A stretch of 62,572 bases of DNA, the filler included, from Squatina squatina (lineage: Eukaryota): the NCBI GenBank assembly GCA_031763465.1. It is 4 parts of 4 records of this genome, joined end to end, with 100 filler letters (N's around TTAATTAATTAA, not from the genome) between each part and the next. Parts side by side here need not be neighbours in the genome. Positions count along the whole stretch, not along the records: positions 35,282 to 50,251 come from JARFOE010000189.1; positions 50,352 to 62,572 come from JARFOE010000192.1; 2 more parts are not named here. One strand, written 5' to 3'. The notes under the pieces were generated by a model that did no database searches, was not told where the DNA came from, and saw only the letters and a program-made list of their open reading frames with translations. Positions 50,030-62,572 of this stretch are shown piece by piece (position 1 is the stretch's first letter; every line of letters begins with the position of its first letter). The position numbers and the translations under genes were made by a program.

Positions 50030-50222
50030 CCGGGGGAGGCTCAGCCATTGAGTACATTCAAAACAGAGATCAATAGATTTCTATAGATTACTGAAGGCAT
50101 CGTGACATGGGGATTGTGTAGGAAAATGGCTTTGAGATGGAAGGTCAGCCCTGATCTTGCTGAATGGCGGAGCAGGCTCTAGGGGCCGGATGTCCTACTT
50201 CTGCTCCTAGTTATTATGTTCT
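50030..50222 (+). mobile_element. CR1 LINE 3' end
   Basis: GAGTACATTCAAAACAGAGATCAATAGATT...GAATGGCGGAGCAGGCTC.AGGGGCCG...CTTCTGCTCCT. Confidence 0.75.
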
Positions 50223-50251
50223 ATCTTTTTCTAAAAAAAAACTTTCAGAAT

Positions 50252-50351
50252 NNNNNNNNNNNNNNNNNNNNNNNNNNNNNNNNNNNNNNNNNNNNTTAAT
50301 TAATTAANNNNNNNNNNNNNNNNNNNNNNNNNNNNNNNNNNNNNNNNNNNN
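50252..50351. other. Artificial scaffold-concatenation spacer
   Basis: N44-TTAATTAATTAA (50296-50307)-N44. Confidence 0.95.
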
Positions 50352-50899
50352 TCTGAAGTAGCTTGGGATGCCTATCAACATTAAAAGATGCTATATAAAT
50401 GCAAGTTATTGATGGGTCAATCTGTGATATATCTTTCTATGATTTCATGAATTTCTCTTATTTCCATTTATTTACTATGATGCTTCTCAGCCGTTTCTCA
50501 TTGCTTTACTTGTAACGCTGTGTTTACGAGCATTATTATGACATTTCATGTTAAGAGTTCTGAGGAATGGATGTAATCAAGAACTCAGTTTACTATTTTA
50601 TCAACAGGGGGAGCAGCGATTGTACACATTTCCTCCCTTTTACTTTTGGTCTCCCTACATTGCTCGTGCATTACATGGAATGCCAACTCTAGATTAATTG
50701 AGGGGTGCCTAGGACTGGGTCTTCAGCCTGCTAAAGCAGGGAATAGTGCAAGACAAGTGAAGCTTCAAATGGAAGCGGAAAGAAAATAAGTTCAAATCCT
50801 CCCCCCACCAAAAAAAAAACTGCTCAAGAAAACAAACTCCTTGGGACAAATGTGTGGCAATACTTCAACTAAAGGCCTCCTTTGCAATCAAAAACATAC

Positions 50900-51182
50900 C
50901 TCTTCCTCTCCTGGGCCCATGAAACTCAGTTCTTTTGCTGGTTATCTTCTCTTTGTGAGGGCCACTTCCACCTGATTTTGTATCTTCACCACCATGGGTA
51001 ACACCTCCTTCTCCTCTCAAATCCTGTACCTTCATCATTCCAGGATTCCCAAGGGATTTTAGAGAATGCTCCAACTCTGTTCTGCAAATGTGTGTGTTTC
51101 CTAATAGCTGACTGTGATCAAATTCTGAGATTAGCAGAGAACTGTTAAAATTCTCTCTGCCACAGCAGCTAGCTCCTGAAAT
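50900..51182 (-). CDS. ACBD5: ACBD5 internal exon
   Basis: ttgtag|...|gtatgt, 283 nt, open; ...GEGGVTHGGEDTKSGGSGPHKEKITSKRTEFHGPRRGR(G) resembles ACBD5 GEVKHGGEDG..GAPHREK..RRGRG. Confidence 0.8.
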
Positions 51183-52029
51183 CTACAAAAATGAAGTAAA
51201 ACACATTTACTTGATAAGATTAAATGAATACTGAGGCAATATTCATGTGTGAGTATATTTAAGTAAAATTATGCTGCACCCCAAGAAAAATATGAATAGA
51301 ATATTGTTACTCATTTATGAGTATGAAAAATAATTTACTAACATGCACAGTCAGGAGGTTTCTGCTACAGGTGGTGGTAAAGTTACATGAGTTTGGTTAG
51401 GCGGTAATAGCAGAGGTGAAAGATAATATTAGTGTTGGCAATAAAAGGGGATTCCTGCATTAACAACAAAACCATGTACTATACTTCAGTTTGTCAATAC
51501 TTTATGCTTACATGATATCTCTGTCAACCACTAATCTCAAATTATCACAAAGAATAATTACCACAAATTATTTACGTAGAAGGAAATCAAAAGCTCAAAA
51601 TAACAATTTTTGAAAAATCACACAAAAAGTGGATTTACAACAAAAGTATCATTGTGGCTTTTCACCTTAAAAATTAATTGTGGTGGGAACTTGAGGCACT
51701 TTCTGGATGGAAACACCCAGTATCATATCTGTACCACTAATATTTTTTGTGGATTTTCCCTGTTCAGAGACATGTTAGTGCTAGGAAATTAAATACTTTC
51801 ACTTTCTGGATACAGTGTCAGCTCCCTCTACTTGGTCCAAACATACCTTAATCCCAATTCCAGAAGAGTTTACAGCACTAATTTGATTTATTTTCTGCTT
51901 AGAAAACCAGTCATCCTTTTGTTAAGGATGCAACATTTCTTTTCATGCAATGAAGTTAAAGTGAGCAATGGGTGATCGCAAACTCCAGGAGTGTCACTTG
52001 AATAGGAGAGAAAAAGATTGTAAGGTTTA

Positions 52030-52848
52030 GGCAGGGAATTCCAAAGCTTAGGGCCTATGTAACAGAAGGCACTGCCACCAATGGTTGAGCAATTATAATC
52101 AGGGATGCTCAAGAGGGTAGAATTTGAGGAGCACAGACATCTCAAGGGGTTGTGAGGCTGAAGATTACAGCGATAGAGAAGGGTGAGGCCATGGAAGGAT
52201 TTGTAAATAAGGATGAGAATTTTGAAATCGAGGCTTTGCTTAACCAGGAGCCGGAGTAGGTCAGTGAGCACAGGAGGCGATGGGTGAACAGGACTTGATG
52301 TGAGTTAGGACACGGGCAGCCGAGCTTTGGATCACCTCTAGTTTACATAGGATAGAATGTGGGAGGCCAGCCAGGAGTGCGTTGCAGTAGTCAAATCTAG
52401 GGGTAACAAAGGCACGGATGAGGGCTTCAGCAGCAGGTGAGCAGGGGCAGGGGCAGAGACGGGCGATGTTACAGAGGTGAAAATAGGCGGTTTTAATTAT
52501 GTCGTGGGTATGTGGTCGGAGGCCAATTTCAGGGTCAAATATGACACTAAGGTTGCGAACAGCCTGGTTCAGCCTCAGACAGAAGTTAGGGAGAGCGATG
52601 GAGTCAATGGCTAGGGAACAGAGTTTGCAGCGGGGACTGAAAACAATGGCTTCGGTCTTCCCATTTTTAATTGGGGAAAATTTCTTCTCATCCATGTCAG
52701 GCAAGCAGTCTGACAATTAAGAGACTGGACAGCTTAAGAGAAGTGGTGGTGAGGTACAGTTGGGTGTCGTCAGCATCAGTGTGGAAACTGACGCCATGTT
52801 TTCGGATGATATCGCCAAAGGGCAGCAAATAGATGAGAAATAGGAGGA
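52030..52848 (-). mobile_element. L2 LINE RT C-terminal region
   Basis: KTEAIVF...VRNLSVIFD...TAYFHLCNIARL...AFVTPRFDYCNALLAGLP...QSSAARVLT...GGSAFCYIGPKLWNSLP. Confidence 0.9.
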
Positions 52849-53750
52849 NNNNNNNNNNNNNNNNNNNNNNNNNNNNNNNNNNNNNNNNNNNNNNNNNNNN
52901 NNNNNNNNNNNNNNNNNNNNNNNNNNNNNNNNNNNNNNNNNNNNNNNNTTAAAAGCAGATAGGATCTTTTATCCAGATGTCTAATCCTATTTTTTATTAT
53001 ACGGCAGGCTTTCAAACCGTACTGTAACTAAGAAAATTACTGCCTATGGATCCAAATAAAAAATGTTTAGCAGTTGAGTGTTGTCAACTCTTTTGAACAC
53101 TTTACTTTAAAATAGCCTCTGCTACAGTTTGGTTTACAAATGTGAAGTTTTGCAATCATATTCTGGTTATGAAATGTGTTTAGGAATAAAAAAAATATTG
53201 CCACAGAAACTATAGCTTAAACTCCTTCGGCCTATTGGCAATTTGTTGACCGTTTACCGCTATATGGGGTGTGTGAATAAAAAGATCGAGTAAAATGCAT
53301 TTCTTATGGGTTTTTAAAACTTGATTCATTTGACAACAATTAATTTTTGTTTTCTACAAGTCACAATTAGTCTTAATGTCCATTGACTGAAGATTGCTTC
53401 TGTAGCAAACAATGAAACACATTTTCGATAGCTACATGACCACTTCACCTACAGATCAACTATGTACTAAATGTTAAGTTTTCACAAAATAATATTACGG
53501 TGTCTTTCAGGGGAAAAAACCTGAAACTCGTACATACAATCAGCTCCTACATGATGTAAACAAAATGCCCATCCAATACATCAACGGCCTTCTCGGACCT
53601 GACTGACTTGAAGGTGATGCCTTCAGTGGTGTGTTTTTCAGTAAACATCCGCGTCTCAGCATGTACTTTCAACATTAAAGCTAAAATCAAAGCATTCTAC
53701 CACTTAGTAACAGTACTGTTTAGCAGACATAGTTTTGAATTAATCCTTAC

Positions 53751-53783
53751 CTTCAAGTGACTTAACCACTTTCTCCAATCGGC
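53751..53783 (-). CDS. ACBD5: ACBD5 33-nt micro-exon
   Basis: gtgcag|GCCGATTGGAGAAAGTGGTTAAGTCACTTGAAG|gtaagg, phase 1-1; (G)RLEKVVKSLE versus recalled human VRLEKISKCLE. Confidence 0.8.
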
Positions 53784-54000
53784 CTGCACAGTCAATGCAG
53801 GATGCATAAAGTAGAACAGCAGGACACTTATTATTTAAACATGTTTCAAGCAAACGATAATAACACTGATTTTTTTTTACAAACAGAAAACAAATTCTTT
53901 TCAGGTAGAGTTAACGTGATCAGCATAAATAAGGAGCTCAAAAAAAATCAAGTTAAATAAAAATCATGGAAATGTTACTTAACTTTCAGAAAGCTCTAAC

Positions 54001-54118
54001 CTGCTGAGATTGCGTATGGCGACACTGGTTGTTTTTTGTCATCAACAAGTTCATAGAATGGTCCAAGAACACGAAGCAGCTCCTCTACCTCCTCAGTCAT
54101 AGGCATGGACTCAAGGAT
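54001..54118 (-). CDS. ACBD5: ACBD5 exon after the ACB domain
   Basis: ttctag|...|gttaga, 118 nt; ILESMPMTEEVEELLRVLGPFYELVDDKKQPVSPYAISA. Confidence 0.92.
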
Positions 54119-54369
54119 CTAGAATGTGGAAAGAAGATAAATCTTAAAGTTACCATTCAACAACTTAGAGGCAAGCCCTGTTCCTTGTTTGAAAGAAAAC
54201 TCTGAATTAGGGCTGGAAAATTTCATTCACCAACAAGTTTGACATCAGGAATGGTAATCAGGAATGGCANNNNNNNNNNNNNNNNNNNNNNNNNNNNNNN
54301 NNNNNNNNNNNNNNNNNNNNNNNNNNNNNNNNNNNNNNNNNNNNNNNNNNNNNNNNNNNNNNNNNNNNN

Positions 54370-54491
54370 ATATGGGAGACCAAAACGGAGCACAGTACTC
54401 TTAAGTGTGGTTTTACCAAAGTTTTATACAAGTTTAACATAACTTCTCTGCTTTTGAGTTCTATTCATCTGGAAATAAATCCCAGTGCTTT
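54370..54491 (-). mobile_element. CR1 RT fragment
   Basis: MLNLYKTLVKPHL... Confidence 0.7.
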
Positions 54492-54989
54492 GGAACAAAT
54501 TTAAATTTCGTTTTTTCCAATAAAAAGTCAATGTCAACATGAAGCAGAGCAGGGTAACATATTAAAGATGCATCAAAATGACCCCACACAAACTATAAAC
54601 AATTTCAAAGGAAAAGGAAGGCCAAATTATACATGGGGTATAAATAGAATACATTACCAGGCCTATAGTAATGAACGCTGACCATAATTCACTCACAACT
54701 GTAGCCAGTGCCCCCTCCAATCAGTTTCCCCATGTGTCAACACAAATCATGCTACATGACATGACTAGCCACTGCACGTCATCGGTTTAGAGCAGTCTAA
54801 CTGCGGGTTCACTTGACAGCTCCAGGTAGCAGAAAGGATAATGGGGATGACAAGCTGGTTGAGGGAAAGGAGGAGCAGGTTCTTTAAACCCTGTGAGGAG
54901 AGTTTGTATATCGACCCAGCCCTCTCAGAGAACTGCTGTTAAAAACATCCCCGCCCCCACTAAATATGAAAGAAGAAAAATGTTTTCAC

Positions 54990-55065
54990 CGTTTTTCGGC
55001 AAACTCTGAATAACACTGACAGCAGCTTCAAATCTTCTCTCGTGGATGGATTTAGTATCCGCCAT
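54990..55065 (-). CDS. ACBD5: ACBD5 exon, start of the acyl-CoA-binding domain
   Basis: MADTKSIHERRFEAAVSVIQSLPKN(G)|gtgaaa; ATG in strong context (aagATGG); frame stays open upstream to the gap. Confidence 0.92.
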
Positions 55066-55239
55066 CTTCTGCAGTCGAAGGGTGTCCAAAGCTTCAGGTG
55101 CTCTTCCACCCCCCCCCACCCCCCCCCCAACCNNNNNNNNNNNNNNNNNNNNNNNNNNNNNNNNNNNNNNNNNNNNNNNNNNNNNNNNNNNNNNNNNNNN
55201 NNNNNNNNNNNNNNNNNNNNNNNNNNNNNNNNGAAAACC

Positions 55240-55515
55240 CGCGACCTCTACCACCTAGAAGGGCAAGGGCAGGGGGTGCACAGGAACACAAGTTCCCCTC
55301 CAAGTCAAGCACAGTCCTGACTTGGAAACACATCGCTGCTCATTCATGGTTGCTGGGTCAAAATCCTGGAACTCCCTCCCTTACAGCAGTGCGGGGACAC
55401 CTTCGCCGCATGGACTGCTGCGGTTCAGGAAGGCGGCTCATGATCACCTTCTCCAGGGCAGTTCAGGGATGGGCAGTCAATGCTGGCTTTGACGCCCGCA
55501 TTGCAGGAACGAATA
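55240..55515 (+). mobile_element. LINE (CR1/L2 group) 3' end
   Basis: GGGTCAAAATCCTGGAACTCCCT...GGACTGC.GCGGTTCA.GAAGGCGGCTCA...GGGATGGGCA..AATGCTGG. Confidence 0.65.
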
Positions 55516-55559
55516 TTTTTTGGGGGGGAAAATGATAACTGTCAGCCCAGGTCAGTGCA

Positions 55560-56018
<459 letters not shown>

Positions 56019-56510
56019 NNNNNNNNNNNNNNNNNNNNNNNNNNNNNNNNNNNNNNNNNNNNNNNNNNNNNNNNNNNNNNNNNNNNNNNNNNNNNNNNNN
56101 NNNNNNNNNNNNNNNNNNATATCTAGACTGTTTATGTTTACAACCTAACCCAATCTACTCCATCTTTTTTTGTCCACCCAAGGAACCTTTTGAAGTTCAA
56201 GGTAAATGCGTTCAGCCCAGTGTTCGCTAACTGCTTTATGAAATGTATTTGCGCGCACACTCTACATTTGATGCTGTTTTTCCATTATTACAGGACAAAT
56301 TTTCTCTCCAGACAGCCAGTTGCAATGCAGTTTCTATCTATGCGTTGTTTAAATGCTTAAGTGATTTAGCTTGCCGGTCAGTTTTGTCAAGTTACTATTG
56401 CAATACTTTCAGACGTTATTTTTAAAAATAGTACATTATGTTGCAATGTTTGTCTTATTTTATTAACTGCTATAAAATTCAGCCCCCTGAGTATTCTCTT
56501 TATTTTACAG

Positions 56511-56656
<146 letters not shown>

Positions 56657-57548
56657 TGATGCATAGCATCTTTGTCAACAGGTTCTTTTGTAGAAGGATT
56701 ATAGACTACAGAAATGAAGCGCAGTAGTGAAGTTCATCACAAATTTACTGTGATTTTCTAACTCGAATCTTGTGTCTTAGAGAGAACTATAAATGTTTTT
56801 TTTTAAAGTACTGTATTGCAAACATTTAGGTTGCTGTTGTGTGAATATGAGAAGGCATCAGTTGCGTGAGTTAAGTTTTCTTGTTAATTTTTAGTGAGCC
56901 ATAGACTTCTGCTAAGTAACTCGGTATGCAACGCAACTGTTACCCGCGAAAACAAAGCACTGGTCGTATCCTGCTGAAAACAGATGAGCGCAATAAAATT
57001 AAGTTTACCCATGGTATAAATGAACGGAATTGTACAAAACCTTTTCCAAGGTTACAGAATGCATGTATTTTCATGAGGTATTCTGATATTTTTGCTTTTA
57101 TGCCCCTCCAGCAATAGTTTGCTACAATAACCAATGACTGCAACACAATATTTGTATAGTATTTAATGAATTCTTAACTGAGCCGATTCTATTCACCAGG
57201 AATATTAGCATGTGTCCACAAATGTACAATGAATACAAATAGGAATTAAGAATAATTCACTTTGGTGTTGAATACGTCCCTGAAATTTAATTTTAGAATT
57301 GATTGTTTTCTTTTCCTGGTCCCCCAAGAGGTAGCATAGCCTACTTACAAACTCATAGATATATTCACCATTGCTTATTTGGCTTAGCAACAGACACTTT
57401 AGAATACTCAATTTTCTTCCTCCCCCTGAGAAGCCTGAGTAAGGGTGTTAGAAATAAACGGAGTCCAGATCAACATGTGCGGACTAAGTTCAGTCCCCAG
57501 TTGTCTCTGTATACAAAGCAAAGATTAAGAACTTGACTTAAACTAAAC

Positions 57549-58430
57549 AACAACAACTTGCATTTAACATAGTATAAAATGTCCCAAGACAAAAGAAGAG
57601 GCCAGAGTAGGAGGAACGCAGAGATACTCAGATAATTGCAGGGCTGGAGAAGATTACAGAGATAGGGAGGGTTGAGGCCATGGAGGGATTTAAGCAGTAG
57701 GATCAGAATTTTAAAACCAAGGGGTCGGAGAATCAAGAGCCAGTGTAGGTTCAGTGAGCATAGGGATGATGGGTGAACGGGATTTAGTGTGAGTTAGGAT
57801 GTGGGCTGCAGATTTTTAGATGCATTCAAGTTCACGGAGCGTGGAAGTTGGGAGGCTGGAAAGAGAGCATTGGAATAGTTAAGTTTGGCACTAGCAAAGG
57901 TAGGGATGAGTGTTTCAGCCGCATCTGGGTTGGGGTGGGGCAATGAAAGTTGGCAGTCTTTGTGATGGAGAGAATATGAAGTTGGAAACCCACCTCAGAG
58001 TCAAATGGGTTACGAACAGTCTGGTTCAGCCTGAGACAGTAGATAGGGAGGGGGATAGAGTCGATGGCTAGAGTGTGGAGATTGTGANNNNNNNNNNNNN
58101 NNNNNNNNNNNNNNNNNNNNNNNNNNNNNNNNNNNNNNNNNNNNNNNNNNNNNNNNNNNNNNNNNNNNNNNNNNNNNNNNNNNNNNNAGTGATGAGGACT
58201 ATAGAAGATGTATGTTTTGGGGAGGCTTTTGAGAGGTACCAAGATGGAGAATTTTAGGGAGATGGTTTGAACATGGTTCAAGATTCTATCACCAAAGATG
58301 GAATGGAGGAACACAGGCTTGAACCGAGAAGATGGGCTGGCATTTAAGTTCTTAGGATGTGTCGATGCAGGCTGAGAAAAAGCATTGATGGCTGAGGAGT
58401 TTGAAATGAGTGCATGGGGAGGCACAGAGA
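57549..58430 (-). mobile_element. L2 LINE fragments
   Basis: Tail CAACAACAACTTGCATTT; FKILILLLKSLHGL.PPYL.NLL and DSIPLP..CLRLNQTVRN; colinear with 52030-52848. Confidence 0.8.
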
Positions 58431-59447
58431 CAAGAGAGCAGAACTTGGTACAGAATGAAATTTAATCAGTAGTTTTCAATGAGGTAAATTCTGTTATGAT
58501 TTACTATCACAAACTTGGCTTAATAATCTCTAAATTTGGTCTCCATTTCCTTCATCCACCCAACAGGGTCAAGCAGTAAATCTAACCAGTTGAAAAATTT
58601 GCTTTGCTCATTCTATAGGAACAATAGAACACTTTATTTTGCAGGGCTGAAATTAAGTAGGATAAGTTGCTCTGGCTCATAGCTCAAGGAAGTTCACTCA
58701 ACAATTCTTGATTTGAAATTGCTTTAATTTCAATTGAAATTGTGCGCAAAAAAAGAAAGAAAATTACTATGGTGTTTCATTAAGTGCTTAATTCACGTTA
58801 CTGGATAATTCAACTTTGAGCAAATTTTACCCCTTTAAGCAGGGGTGGATCATAATTTTTCACTTCTGATGTACTAGTAAAAAAAATTTGATTTACACTG
58901 GTTTTCAAAATATTCATGCAGGAAGGGTGAAATTGCAGATTTATTATACACTGACAAATATTAGGCTAATAGCATATGTTGACTGCATATTTTTCAAAAT
59001 GTGTACTTTGTTTTTCTAAATTAGCTTGGGCTCTGCACAGTTGCTGACTTGCAGAGAAACTGAACTTAATGTGAAAGTATTAAATATGCTTCTTTGGATT
59101 TAAAGGTCTTATCACCGAATGTTGTCCATTTTGTTTGTGTCAGACTAAACTGACAAATTTTCCATACATGTTGCAGCAGCACTGAGCTAAACACTCTAAA
59201 TGGTATTGAGCATTAGACAGGTTCTTAACTTTAGCTATCATGACATGAGGTTGATGCAAGCAAAGAATTTTTCTTCAACAGATTCTTAAGATCATTGCTA
59301 TTCAACAACTTGGAAAAGGGAGAGTGAAAGAAAGTGGAGAGGAGGAAGAGGAGAAAAATGTTCAGATTTGATATTGCATGTCTGAATTCATAGTTAGAAT
59401 ATAAATTCTGAGAAATTAAGTTAACTTTACTCTTTTTTTCTAACTAG

Positions 59448-59732
<285 letters not shown>

Positions 59733-60747
59733 TAAAGGTGTCTGCAGTCAAATGGAAATGAATTTGTCGAGCATCTGGTTGAAATTCAGGAAACTATCAT
59801 TTTAAGAAAGCGAGCTATGTTCAACAGTTTAAAATACCTTTTTGAATTCCAGTTTGAAATTCAAAGCGAAGAGAGTTATATCTCCGGCAGCCTGCTGCAA
59901 CTTTTCAGTAGTTCTTGTCCAATTTAGNNNNNNNNNNNNNNNNNNNNNNNNNNNNNNNNNNNNNNNNNNNNNNNNNNNNNNNNNNNNNNNNNNNNNNNNN
60001 NNNNNNNNNNNNNNNNNNNNNNNNNNNAGTAACTGTCTTGCATGAGCCTTTGGCTATCCTACTGATGTCACGTTGTGCTACACCAGTGGCTGCAGCATGG
60101 CTTGTGGAAGGCTGCAGTGGGGGAGACTACAGATGGCCTTGCTGAAGCTGGTGGCTGGGTAGATCCTGACAAATCACAAGACCCAGTTTAAAAAGGAAAT
60201 GGCTGTATGAGAACGGCGCTAGAGCAGAATAAAAAATGGATTGTGTGCCACTGGTGAAAGACCTGGTCTCTCCCATCAACTGCATGAAGTAAACTAGGCC
60301 TACTCCTTTGTCAATGGGTATCATAGCGTGACCCTTTTTTAATTTTGCGCTCCTTTAACGACTGGGTATTGGGCACTGACCGGCAACCAAGCCTTTGAAG
60401 GTAGTTTGCCTGGGTGCTGCCAGTGGCAATTGAGTCAAATCTGCCTTCTCTGCTCCTGCATCAGGAGTGCTGAGCTCTCAGCCAATTTGCGTAAGTTAGT
60501 GATGCATTTTTGCATTTGACTGGCTCATAATTGGGCGTGTAGAAACCTTGTCCATGCACAATTGTGTCTTTGGATGAGCCTGTTGAACAAGCTGGGAAGC
60601 TTTGCACATTGGGGGCCAAGACATTTATGAAGTGGTTCTGTAATAAAAGGGTTATTAGATTATTGTAAAAGCTGCAGAACAAATGGTTTCAAAGCAAAAA
60701 AAAAAAGTTACTGATGCTGGATAACGTAATAAACAAAATAATGCTGG

Positions 60748-60900
60748 AACCACTCAGCAGGACAGTCAGCATCTGTGGAGAGAATGGATGTGTTAATATT
60801 TCAGGCACAGAGCCTTTGTCAGAACTGACTTGAGGGTCAGCACCTGAAATGTTAACTCATCTGTTCTCTCCACAGATGCTGGTTGACCTGCTGAGTGGTT
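60748..60900. repeat. Inverted pair of Penelope-type terminal repeats (58-bp arms, 37-nt spacer)
   Basis: 60748-60805 is the reverse complement of 60843-60900 at 51/58 positions. Confidence 0.9.
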
Positions 60901-62269
60901 TCAAAGCAGTTTATTTTTACTGTAATTAGAACCATATATGGGAGGAAACCTGGTCTTAAATAGGCTGGCCCGTATTTATAGCTGTGATTGAAATGTTATC
61001 TGTATCATCAATGAATTCATTTGGAAGATGTACAATTAAATACTTACATCAGTAAAAATCATATCACTTCAGGGAAAGAGGCGCAACTTGCTGTTGGCAA
61101 GAGCTCACCGTCTGGCAACTGCTAATTGAAATGCCTGCCTCTGAGAAAATCTTGCAATTGACTGCATCGGAGTCATTTTTTTTGTTCTGGGGTGAAATAT
61201 ACATGCAGGTTTGCTAATACAAAGTATATGGAGCGGATTGTGCCTCTGACTTGGCATGATCTCTAATTAGGTTTCACAGCATTTTAGTTGGAACTTGTCC
61301 TTTTTTAAATGGCTCTAAATTTGAAGAATCTCACTTGGACTGTGGAATGTGTGGGAGGACTTAACCTTGCTAATACAGCTTTTTACTCTTCTGAATCTGA
61401 AGGGTGCTTTGAGTTGAGCTTTGCTGCAATTCTGTGAAGCCTGTAGATACCTTCCCTGTTTGGCTTTAATTGAAAATGGTTCATTCTAACCCTCTTACAG
61501 GTCAAGTGTAGCTTTTCACTTTGAAGATGCTTTAATTGACAAACTTTGCTTTTTTGGATAGTCATGGTTGGTTGTCGATCATTTCCTAGCAATTGCCTTG
61601 GAAATTGAATCAGTCATGTTTGACACGAAGCTGAGAATTCTGGAAGGTTGCAGCACAAACGGGGCTTTTGCCACATTGCCATGGTGTTCCTCACATGAGC
61701 CAACTAGTCTAATTCACCCTTGTGCTTGCTCCCTATATTCTTCAATACATTTTTTTTAATCAACTATCTAACATGATCTTTGAGATGTTAAGTCTGGAGA
61801 AAGAAAAGCCATGGATGAGCATTTTGATAGCCTACCAAAACAATGTTTTTGCAGTTTGAAATGGGTCTGTTCAGTACTGGGGGGGGTGAGGATCTTACTG
61901 ATTTTCTCTCTTCTCCTGAGTTCATTAGTAGGGTGATGTTCCATGGCTGCTCTGCAGTAATTTGTTCAAGTAGTCATTCTAGATCTGTGAATTTTGGTGG
62001 GTAATGTCGGGGTGTTTGCGCCTGATCCTGTCCTCAATTGATATTCACTCGTGTGCATTCTGTCGGGGATTACTCTAACAATCAGAATTTGGAACCATCC
62101 AGCAAAAGTTGCTTTGTATCAAGCTGTTGTCCTCCCCATCCTATTAAAGTTGTGGATCTGCTTCTATTTACCCAGCAAGTGACTTAATGATTTTTTTCTT
62201 GTGCTGTATGACATCATGAGCATCAAGTGACAGGACAGTGTTGCAGTGTAATTGGAATTGAGGCCAAGA

Positions 62270-62530
62270 TCAAAAAGGTCCAGTTGTGCTGGTCTGGACA
62301 TGTTATTTGCCTGCCTCATTGTAGAAGTCCCAAAGCTGCCTTCTATACAGAGCTGTAGCCTGGATGTCCCAACAGAGGTGGCCAGATGAAATGCTATAAA
62401 GGCCACTGTAATATCTTACACTATTAACTCCAACACCTGGGAAGACATGGTCACCGACTGATCTGATAGTGCCATGTCTACCTGGTCAGTTTGAGTGAAT
62501 TTCTGACTGTCGAGCACTTGGCATGCAAGG
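62270..62530 (+). mobile_element. Old RTE LINE fragment
   Basis: QLCWSGHVICLPHCRSPKAAFYTEL...NSNTWED, homologous to the element at 1-556. Confidence 0.65.
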
Positions 62531-62572
62531 CCAATAGTGCAATATTTTTATTCAGCATTTATCTATTCTTGC

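Noticed and set aside
44605-50251. Mammalian HDV-like CPEB3 ribozyme and the 24-nt CPEB micro-exon
   Set aside because: Both belong upstream of the exons captured here; I saw no matching sequence in these introns.

Overview
Eukaryotic (vertebrate) draft-assembly DNA, most likely a cartilaginous fish judging by its CR1/L2/RTE/Penelope/Deu-SINE/Harbinger repeat complement (inference). The window is not one locus. Three artificial N44-TTAATTAATTAA-N44 spacers join four unrelated, gap-riddled scaffolds. (1) 1-22691 holds the 3' exons of the formin FHOD1 (+), then internal exons of the Na+/H+ exchanger SLC9A5/NHE5 (+). (2) 22792-35181 has no recognisable gene, only Harbinger, Penelope, CR1 and RTE relics. 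(3) 35282-50251 holds the last exon of BTAF1 (+), convergent with the 3' half and long 3'UTR of CPEB3 (-). (4) 50352-end holds ACBD5 (-), divergent from exons 1-3 of ABI1 (+). Many exons fall in N gaps. The best leads are: minimal hammerhead-ribozyme cores in Penelope-type terminal repeats (30.7 kb, 39.2 kb, and a fold-back pair at 60.8 kb); an unannotated 205-nt in-frame, frameshifting cassette-exon candidate in CPEB3 that resembles the RRM2 exon; a start-stop element plus overlapping uORF right before the ABI1 ATG; a GC-AG donor in SLC9A5; and a dense CPE/Pumilio/miRNA-site cluster in the CPEB3 3'UTR. Gene and repeat identities rest on recalled family sequences, not database searches.
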